From Azolla caroliniana (lineage: Eukaryota > Plantae > Polypodiophyta): DNA of 64,000 nt. The notes below the pieces were generated by a model. That model made no database searches, was not told where the DNA came from, and saw only the letters and a list, made by a program, of their open reading frames with translations. Positions 54,681-64,000 of the stretch are shown piece by piece; the first letter of the stretch is position 1, and every line of letters starts with the position of its first letter. The position numbers and the translations under genes are program-made. The DNA is taken from positions 7,936,001-8,000,000 of the forward strand of contig JBHGNT010000004.1 in NCBI GenBank assembly GCA_043228905.1, given 5' to 3'.

Positions 54681-57600
54681 TGTAAAGAATCGGGTATGAT
54701 TCTTGTGTAGCGGAATAGGTGTGAACTCTATGTGTGTGTATGAGGGAGAGAGTGAGAGAGTGAGAGAGACAAGGAGTAAGACATAGAGTATATGCAAGGT
54801 AGATTATATTAACAAAGGAGAAAGACTCAACATTATACAAGGTGGGAGGAGGGTGCTTTATATAGTCACCCTCTCACTTCATTAACTACAAGATTCATGG
54901 AGCATGGGGAATGTGAAAGCTCATAAGTTATGTAAAAGCTCATTAACATCGGGTTCCGAGCCAGATAGATATTGCTCATGTTGTCGCAATAAAGCGAAGT
55001 CAGATCCTTGATGGGTACACCCAAATCCTTGAGTATCCTTTTGAGCCATACGACTTCACATGTGGCCATTGTCGCGCCCCTGTATTCCGCCTCTGTGCTT
55101 GAAAGAGCGACGGTTGGTTGCTTTCTGCTGCTCCAAGATATTGTTCCGTTGCCGAGGGAAAAAACAAATCCGGAGGTTGATCTTCTATCGGTTTTGTAGC
55201 CGGCCCAATCAGCGTCTGTGTACCCCTCGAGTCGTATTGGCATCGCAGTCTTGTAGAGGATGCCGCAATCCATTGTGCTACTCATGTATCGTAGAACTCG
55301 CTTAGCGCAATCCAAGTGAGTATCACGCGGTGTTTGCATGAATTGACTAAGGAGACCGACCGGATAACTGAGATCGGGTCGAGTGATCATGAGGTAGATG
55401 AGACTCACGATGAGCTGCCAATACTGAGTCGACTCACACGCTTTGGTGCCGGAGTTCGCATCTAGTTTGAGATTGCGATCGAGCAGGGTTGCCACGGATT
55501 TGCACTCAGCCATACCGAACTTGTATAACAAGTTGAGGATGTAGTGCCGTTGAGAAATCATGATTCCTGATGGAGTTCGAATTACCTCGATGCCGAGGAA
55601 GTAGTGGAGCTCCTTCATGTCCGTCATTTTAAACTTGTCGGAAAGGAGGGATTTGACCTTATTGATTTTGTCGAGATGCTCACCTCCAATGACTAGGTCA
55701 TCCACATATAAGATGATGACGATCGGACTTGCGGAATCGCTTCGTATGTAGAGGGAGTTGTTCAATTTTGACATACGGAAGCCGATTTGATGAAGATATT
55801 GCGTTATCTTTGAATGCCAAGCACGCGGTGCTTGCTTGAGGCCGTAGAGTGGCTTCTTGAATCGGCATACTGCTTTCGGATGGGTGCTCGAGTTGAAACC
55901 GGGTGGTTATATCATGTACACCTCCTCTTCTAATTCGCCTTGTAGAAAGGCGTTCTTGACGTCCATTTGATGGAGGTGCCACCCTTTCGTCGCGGCAAGT
56001 GAAATTACGGTCCGTACCGTCGTCATCTTTGCCACCGGGGCAAAGGTCTCCTCTTAGTCAACTCCGTGCGTTTGGGGGTAGCCTTTCGCTATGAGTTGCG
56101 ATTTGTAGCGGTTGACGGAACCGTCGGCGTTGTACTTCACTTTGTAAATCCATCTGCATCCGATCGCCTTTTTGTGTAGTGAGATGGGAATGAGATCCCA
56201 CGTCTCGTTCTTGTGTAGTGAATGCATCTCCTCTTTCATTGCTTCAATCCATCGCGAATCCTTGGCTGCTTCGGAAAATGTTTCCAGCTCACATTGTCGC
56301 CAACTTCATCATAAAGGCATAGTGATATGCCGTGTAGTCGTTGTAGCCAAATCGGCTGACCGGATTCTTTTCACGGGTGGAGCGACGGAGCTTTTCATTT
56401 GCAGAGATGAGGGCTTTCTTAGTTCTGATTAGTACATTGAAGCTGCCAAACTCATCGTTGAAGCGATCGTCTTCGTATTCTAGGCTAGGCCGTGATGTGC
56501 TTTGATTGCTCAAAGGCTCTTGTGGTCCGCTCAATCGGGTCGTGATCGGACTTTCTTCGAACATGCGCGTAAGGCGATCTTCATCCTCTATCTCTTGTTC
56601 GTCGGATTCCGGGTCGAGCGGAGTCGGAGTCGAAGTTGTCTCTGGTGCGTACCAGGACGTGGACTCGTCAAAAACGACGTCTCGACTTACTCAAGATTTT
56701 CGAGTTGAGGGGTTTTAGCATTTGTACCCCTTTTGTTCGAGTGAGTATCCTACGAGGATACATTTCTCCGACTTTGGATCTAGCTTTTGCCGCTTTTCGT
56801 CAGGTATGTGCACGTATGTTATCACGCCGAATATCCGGGTGTGTGATAAGTCTGGCTTCTTTCCGAAGTATTTTTCGTGCAGAGTGACATCGTGCACTCC
56901 AGATATTGTGCACCGGTTCATTAGGTAAACGACCGTATTTGCAGCTTTGGCACAATATGACTTGGGCATATGCTTCTCGTTCATCATAGCCGATTTTTGC
57001 GCTCGGCTACTCCGTTTTGTTGTGGAGTGTGTCGGCAAGTGAATTTTCGCCGAATTCCTTCCTTTCAGAGATACGTCGTGAAATCGTCCGAGAAGTACTC
57101 CTTGCCGCCATCCGATCGAAGGCATCGTACATGACGACCAGTGACTTTTTCGACTTCGTTTTTAAACTTTAAGAAGTATCTGAAGACTTCGTTCTTTTGC
57201 CGCATCGGATAGAGCCACGTGTGCCTGGAGAAGTCGTTGATGAAGAGCACGTAATATCGACATCCGCCGAATGTAGCCGTCTGCACCGGTCCCCATACGT
57301 CGAAATGGACTACATCGAGTAGACCTTTGCTTACGTTCCGCTCTTTCGGGAATGGGTGTCGGTGTTGCTTGCTGTATTGGCACGCTTCACATACACCTTC
57401 AATCTCCTTCTCTTTGAATGTTGGGAGTCCGATGACGACTCCTTTCGATTTCATTGCTTTGAGTTTGTTGAGATTGATGTGGCCGATTCGCTTGTGCCAT
57501 AGCTCTATGTCAAAGTCGGCTTTCGTGCTTTTTGCAAACATGGCGGATTTCATCTCGTGTGAATCGAGAATGAACTGGCCCTCTCTTCTTCCACGCGCGA

Positions 57601-59504
57601 TGATTCGGCCCTCTTTCTTGATGAAGCGCCCTTCTTGGTCGAATCGTACTTGCATCCCTTGCTCAACCATTTGGCTGACCGAGACCAAATTCTTCATGAT
57701 GGTGGGAACATGCAAGACATTTTTAATGTATGTTTGCTTACCTCTTTCGCCGAACGGAACATTACCAATGTGACGAATCAAGTGCATAGTGTCATCTCCG
57801 GTTTCGACATAACCGGGTGGCTCCGGCTCTTGAAGTTCGAGAAACCTTTCTTTATGAGATGTCATATGGTTTGAGGATCAGGAGTCAACAAACCATACAT
57901 CCTCCGGATTGAGGGCACTAGTTGAGGTAGAGGCCGACATAGAGTTTGCTCTATGTTTCATCATGAACATTCTGCCACGGTCGGAGTTGTGTGCATACAT
58001 TCCGTCACGATCTTCGTAGTCGGAGTTGTGCCCGTACATTCCGCTATACTCTTCGTAGTCGGAATTGTGCGCGTAATTCGTGAGTTGTCGCCTTGTGGAA
58101 GTCGATTCGCGCATCTTCTTTCAACACTCTTCTTCGTGGTGACCGAGCTTTCTGCAATATCCGCATTCGGTTGTGTTTTGACGGCTCGGGCCAGAGTGGA
58201 AGCTCCCCCTTCTTGCGAAGGTTCCTCGTTGTCTTCCGTTTTGTGGCCGAAATTGGGAGTTGTTGTCGTAGGTCGGACCTCGTCCGCCTTGTCCTTGGCC
58301 GAATCGGCCTCTCGCTCGTCTGCATCCTCTTCCTCCGTTTGAGTGCGTGTAGAGCATGTGGCCTTCCGACTCATTGCTCCTTGTACGCACATGGTTTTCT
58401 TCGACGAATAGCATTGATTGGAGCTCGAAGAAGGAGGGAGATTTCTCCCTCGCTAGAACGGTGGTTCGCGTCGTGCCAAACCATGGTGCGAGGCCACCGA
58501 GGCATATTTGCACCATCTCATCATCATCGATACTTACGCTTATCGAGCCGAGCGAGTCACAAAGCTCCTTGATCTTCAAGGTGTATGTCGTGATGGACAT
58601 GTCCCTTTGTTGAATGTTGTTCAACTCTTGGCGGAGTTGAAGCCTTCTTGCGGTTGTGTTCGCCACGAAAATCTTTCGTAGATTTTCCCATGCCTCCTTC
58701 GGCGTCTTGGTTTTGCAAATGTAGCCGAGCATGTGATCGTGAACACATGTCGCCAAGCAATACATCACACAGCTTGCGGCTTGCTCCCATGTCGCGTATC
58801 CGGGAGCCACTTCCGCGGGTCAGTCTTCGTGCTCTCCTTTGATGTAGCTCCAATAGCCTTGTCTGACAAGGTATTGGTGCATCTTGTACTCCCAAGATGC
58901 GAAGTTGTTTCGATCCAACTTCTCGGTAGGGAGAGCGCTCCCCATTTGAGTATTCATTATGTCGATTCTTCTTCTTCTTCTTCTTCTCTCTTCGAATGCG
59001 AGCTATGTAGCGAAGCTATGATAGCGATGAGCCGGTTCTTCTTGAACGTCGGCGTAGAACTCAACACGCGCGGATGGGCTAGAGGGAGCTACCAAACCGC
59101 TCTGATACCATGTAAAGAATCGGGTATGATTCTTGTGTAGCGGAATAGGTGTGAGCTGTGTGTGTGTATGAGGGAGAGAGAGAGAGAGTGAGAGAGAGAC
59201 AAGGAGTAAGACACAGAGTATATGCAAGGTAGATTATATTAACAAAGGAGAAAGATTCAACATTATACAAGGTGGGAGGAGGGTGCTTTATATAGTCACC
59301 CTCTCACTTCATTAACTACAAGACTCATGGACCATGGGGAATGTGAAAGCTCATAAGTTATGTGTCATAAAATATGATTCTATGGCTCATACTAAATGCT
59401 AGAATACAAAGTGGTGACATAATGGTGACTCTTGACCGTTGGAGTGTCGATTCACTCTCAAGGTGAGTTCACACACTAGACCAAGTTGAGCTTGATTCTC
59501 AACA
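54681..59504 (-). mobile_element. Ty1/Copia element C6, related to C5, inserted in the 5' LTR of the non-coding element
   Basis: TSD AGTTT; 5' LTR 59111-59504; PBS 59099-59110; truncated 3' LTR 54681-54933; gag-PR-INT-RT(YVDDL)-RH(YTDADWAG). Confidence 0.94.
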
Positions 59505-60384
59505 AGTTTTTAGAAAGTTCTAGAACTAGAAGGTTCTAGAGGGTTCTAGAATATTCTCCAGAATATTCTCTTGACTATTCTCCAGAATATCCTAATGCAT
59601 GTACTTGGACTTACAATATAAATGTTTGTAAACTCCTTGGTCCCTTTCAAGGGATTCAACACTAGTCATTGACACATCAATCTAGTATTCTCGTTTCGCC
59701 CCATCTTCTCTCCTTGATTTACGTCTTTGTCTTTATGCTCTTGTATTGTTGCTAGCATCTTAAGTTCCTCATCTTGTCGCTCCCAAGTTCCCGAGTTTCT
59801 ATCCCCATCACATCGAGTTCCACGTTCGTAACCTTATCGGTCGTAGCCTCGTCATCTATGCTTTGTCGTAGTCTAGGGTTGGTGTGTCTATGACAGCTTG
59901 AATCCCTTCTAACTAGAAGCACCACTCGTCTTCGTCATCGCCTTTGCTTCTAGAGTTACCATCATCACCATCCTTGCTTCTGGAGTTACCATCATCAACA
60001 TCCTTGTCTTCGACGTCATCATTTTCAGTACCTCTTCGCCCAACCTTCATCGGCATCAACACTAATTTGCATGGATTGATTTCAATCGCTCACCTTCACA
60101 GTTGCAGTGGGGGTTACAACCGCTCACTTTCCTAGTGGGGATCGAACCATTGCTTGCTTGCACTCCAATTTAGTTCAAGTCTCACTCCACTTTACTTTGA
60201 TGAGGATCGATTTCGATCGCTCACGTTCTAATTTCGGTGGGGGTCACAACCGCTCACTTTCTTGGTGGGGATCCCATCAGTTTCTCGCTAGCGCTACCGT
60301 TTGTGTCGTGTTCTGGGTCAACCTCGACTATTTACCCTCTCATAATAGAAGAAATCGAGTCAACTGTTTCATTTGCACTCCTAC

Positions 60385-61562
60385 GCTCGTTTGTGTTCCA
60401 GTTCTCAGTGAGGACCGCATGGTCGCTCACGTCCGTTTGTGTTCCAGTTCTCGGTGAGGGCCGCATGGTCGCTCACGTCCGTTTGTGTTCTAGTTCTCGG
60501 TGAGGGCCACATGGTCACTCACGTCCATTGGTGTTCCAATTCTCGGTGAAGGCCGCATGGTCGCTCACATCCGTTCGTGTTCCAGTTCTCGGTGATGGCC
60601 GCACAGTCGCTCACGCTCGTTCATGTTTTCGATGAGGACCGCACATGGTCGCTCATTCTGGCTATTGTGTGTGTTCCAGATCCTGGCGAGGACCAACATG
60701 GTCGCTCATGCCCGTTGTTTTTCATGTTCCAGTTTTCGGTGAGGACCACACATGGTCGCTCACGCCCGTTGGTGTTCATGTTCCAACTCTCAACGAGGAC
60801 CGACATGGTCACTCACGCCCGTTGGTATTCGGGTTCCAGTTTCCGATGAGGACCGCACATGGTTTCTCACTCTAGCTATTGTTCGTGCTCCAGATCCTGG
60901 CAAGGACCAACATGGTTGCTCATGCCTGTTGTTGTTCATGTTCCAGTTCCCAGTGAGGACCACACATGGTCGCTCACGCTCGTTGGTGTTCGTGTTCCAA
61001 CTCTCGGCGAGGACCGCACATGGTTGCTCACGCCCATTGGTGTTTGTGTTCCAACTCTCGGCGAGGACCGACATGGTCCCTCATGCATGTTGGTGTTTGT
61101 GTTCCATGTGAGGACCGCACATGGTCACTCATGCCCGTTGGTATTTGTATTCCAGTTCCTGACGAGGACCACATGGTTGCTCACGCCTGTTCATGTTTCT
61201 GATGAGGACCGCACATGGTCGAACACATTCTAATTCCCGGTGAGGGCCACACATGGTTGCTCACGTCCGCTCGTGTTCTAGTTCTCAGTGAGGACCGCAC
61301 ATGGTCGCTCACGTTCCGATTCCCAGTGAGGGCCACACATGGTTGCTCATGCCCGCTCGTGTTCAAGTTCTCGGTGAGGACCACATGGTCGCTCCCTCCT
61401 GTGTGTGTTCTAGTTCCCTCACTCTCGTTCATGTTCCAGTTCCCGGTGAGGACTGCATGGTCAGTCATGCTCGTTCATGTTCCCGATGAGGACTGCACAT
61501 GGTCACTCACGTCCGTTGATGTTCGTGTTTCCAGTGAGGACAACACATGGTTTTTCACGCCC
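60385..61562 (+). repeat. Tandem array of about 24 hairpin-core repeats
   Basis: Core GTGAG-GACC-(GCAC)AT-GGTC-G-CTCAC; 46-bp period for the first five copies, variable thereafter. Confidence 0.92.
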
Positions 61563-63841
61563 ACCACTTCCTGTTCACCCCTACACTGTGCTTTCGAAAA
61601 GGTGTGCCATAAAGGGGAGGATAATGTCGCAGACATGACAACAACTATGTCAAGATTCGAACTCTTGACCTCTTGTATTATAGTCAGTGTTATATTGTAA
61701 CCAACACATCCAAGTACATGGTCGTGAATTATGTTTCATATTTCAAGTTCGGAGTTTTTAAAAAGTTCTAGAATTAGAAGGTTCTAGAGGGTTCTAGAAT
61801 ATTCTCTCAAATATTCTCCAGAATATTCTAATGCATGTACTTAGACTCACAATATAAATACTTGTAACCTCCTTGGTCCCTTTCAAGGGATTCAACACCA
61901 GTCATTGACACATCAATCTAGTATACTCGTTTCGCCCCATCTTCTCTCCTTAATTTACATCTTTGTCTTTATGCTCTTGTATTGTTCCTAGCATCTTAAG
62001 TTCCTCATCTTGTCGCTCCCAAGTTCCCGAGTTTCTATCCCCATCACGCCGAGTTCCACGTTCGTAACCTTATTATCGGTCGTAGCCTCGTCATCTATGC
62101 TTTGTTGTAGTCTAAGGTTGGTGTGTCTGTGACATAAACTAGATTAAACTGTCAAATACTGACTATATATCGATTTAGGTGTTAGTCATTTTGTATACTA
62201 TTTTGTAAGTTTGGCTGGCCAATTATTTAGGTGTTTTTGGACATGCCACAATTTTTCCACATGTTAAAAATCAATATATTTATGAAGTATTTTTAAATCT
62301 CCTTTACGCATGTGCATACCCTTCTTGTGAATCAACCTATTTTTTGTCTTTTTTGGTTTTTTTTTTTATGTGGCATTCTCAAATTGCAACATATTACCTG
62401 TTTCAAATGTCCCGGTGTTGTTGTCGCAATACATGTGATAACTATTTAATGATCCTTGCAACAATATAGAGATCTTGAGCAATGGTAGATTATTGTATCT
62501 TGCATATCCCTTGTGTATGGACTTGATGTCAAGTTTAGGCAACATTATGTTGTTTCGAATTGCCATTTATGATCAAGAGTAGTGATATAGTTTTCCATGA
62601 GAAGATGCTTTTGGTGATAACCAAAGAAGTAGCCAAACAAAGTTGACTTCTCATACTATGAAGTGAAGGAAAGGGACATTTTACTTGTGTATGTGAAAGG
62701 TGAGTGGGACCACCAAGAACCTAGTCCAAAGAAGATGGCATCCCTCATGAAGGATTATGAGTGAATAATTTCCCACTTCCAACGTGTTGGAGCACTTCGA
62801 AAATTTCCTTTTAGAGAATGTATACGCAAATGAATGGCAACCCATTTAGGTTATTAATATTTGAATTTGCCCTAGCTTATTGTGTTATTCACGAATGCAT
62901 ACCCATACATAGTATTGTGGTTACATGAGTGTAAATAAATATACGAGCAATACAATGTGTATTTGTGTATGAATAAGTGTTTTTAGCATAATATGTATGT
63001 GTTTGTGTATGTATGTATGTATGTATGTATGTATGTATACGAATAATAAGAAATGTGTAAGTAGGAATGTTGATGATGTGTGGGTGGGAAACATAGGCTC
63101 ATGTGGCCGAGCCCTAAGTCAATGTCGAGGTTGCGAGCTTGGCTTTGAGTGTTGGTCAATGGCGCTCAACAACTATAATAGTGGCAACAACTTTTGTTAT
63201 TGCATTGTTAGGAGATTGGGTATCATTCTCCTTCTTCCAGTCGTCTTCCCTTTGTCGCTCATTTATTTCCTCCTATGTTCTCCCTTACCTAGAGGTTTCC
63301 TTGAGGGAAAAGGGTGTTATTTTTTCCCTTTGAGTAAAGCATACCCAAGGGTCCCATCCTTTAGATAATTAATAACTAGGATAAAAGATTCTTGGTATTA
63401 AGAATAACAAGAAATCTGGTAAAAGATTTTCATTGAAAATGAGAGAGAATTATACACTTATTTTATATGGCTATTTTTGTGGATTAGCTAGCAAATACTT
63501 CTAAATGAAATATCATACCTTCGAGTAATTGGAATTGCCTGAAAGTTCAACTTAGTTTTATTGTTGTTGTTGTTGTTATGCTTATTATAATTTCAGTAAA
63601 ACTCTTCATTTCGCTCTTGTATAAATTTGTCCTTCCAAAGCATGAAGGTAGTTCTAATGATAAGGCACTGGAGTTTCTGGTATTCGGTATTAGGGGGTTG
63701 ACTCCCTTTATACATTAAAATCCTTCTGTTTGTGACTTGTTTTTTTATCCAAGACTTTTGTCCCATTGTTGATGGAAGACATAAGACAATGATGCCAGTC
63801 ACCTAGATCTACAAATATGAAGTTTAGGGTTTAGGGTGCAA

Positions 63842-63992
63842 TTTCTAGTATGCTATCATGACTACCATGCCACATAGAGATTTCAACCCATGACCTTGTG
63901 GAAAATGGGTTAAATTGTTTCTAGCATGGTGTCGTGACCACCATGCCACACAGAGATATGAACCCATGACCTTGTGGAACATAGGTTAAATT
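63842..63992 (-). repeat. 76-bp tandem repeat with a tRNA T-arm-like motif and hairpin
   Basis: Two copies of TTTCTAG..ACCATGCCACA.AGAGAT..AACCCATGACCTTGTGGAA..GGTTAAATT. Confidence 0.75.
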
Positions 63993-64000
63993 TAAACCAT

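Larger units (their letters stand above)
54531..62134 (+). mobile_element. Non-coding, non-autonomous Gypsy-type LTR element (TRIM/LARD-like)
   Basis: TSD TAAAC (54526-54530, 62135-62139); 5' LTR 54531-54680 plus 59510-59895; 3' LTR 61625-62134; PPT AAAGGGGAGGATAA; no gag-pol motifs. Confidence 0.9.
40043..62323 (+). mobile_element. Degenerate Sola-like (DDD) DNA transposon carrying a ParB-methyltransferase cargo gene; about 9 kb after removing nested insertions
   Basis: Inverted repeats AAAGGTATGCGCATGCGTA (40043-40061) and TACGCATGTGCATACCCTT (62305-62323), 17/19 match, enclose the transposase and the divergent gene; no clean TSD seen. Confidence 0.65.

Noticed and set aside
61199-61226. 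Hammerhead ribozyme (CTGATGAG-GACC..GGTC-GAA), i.e. a retrozyme
   Set aside because: Only one array unit has this variant, GAAA and stems I/III are missing, and it is not in the LTR.
60577-61700. Cys/Trp-rich ORFs in the array
   Set aside because: Products of a stop-poor tandem repeat open in several frames.

Overview
Land-plant nuclear DNA, probably a non-seed plant such as a fern (inferred from the Tcn1-type chromovirus). 1-25.6 kb is a nested retrotransposon pile: LINE > Copia > Copia > Copia > Gypsy, plus three solo LTRs, a hAT MITE and a deleted non-autonomous LTR element, most with readable TSDs. 26-39.3 kb holds two intact intron-containing host genes on the minus strand, an AP-1 mu subunit and ROMO1/MGR2. 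40.0-62.3 kb is the most interesting part: a degenerate DNA transposon bounded by 19-bp inverted repeats. It carries a Sola-like DDD transposase on + and a divergent, spliced gene on - that fuses a ParB/Srx-like domain to a bacterial-type beta-class N6-adenine/N4-cytosine DNA methyltransferase. The first intron of that gene holds a phased array of five 29-bp palindromes. The element was later hit by a LINE, two Copia elements and a non-coding LTR element. Two Gypsy-type LTR families show Tf1-like self-priming PBS signatures and antisense tRNA-like A/B-box modules in U3. All calls come from reading the sequence by eye; no searches were run.
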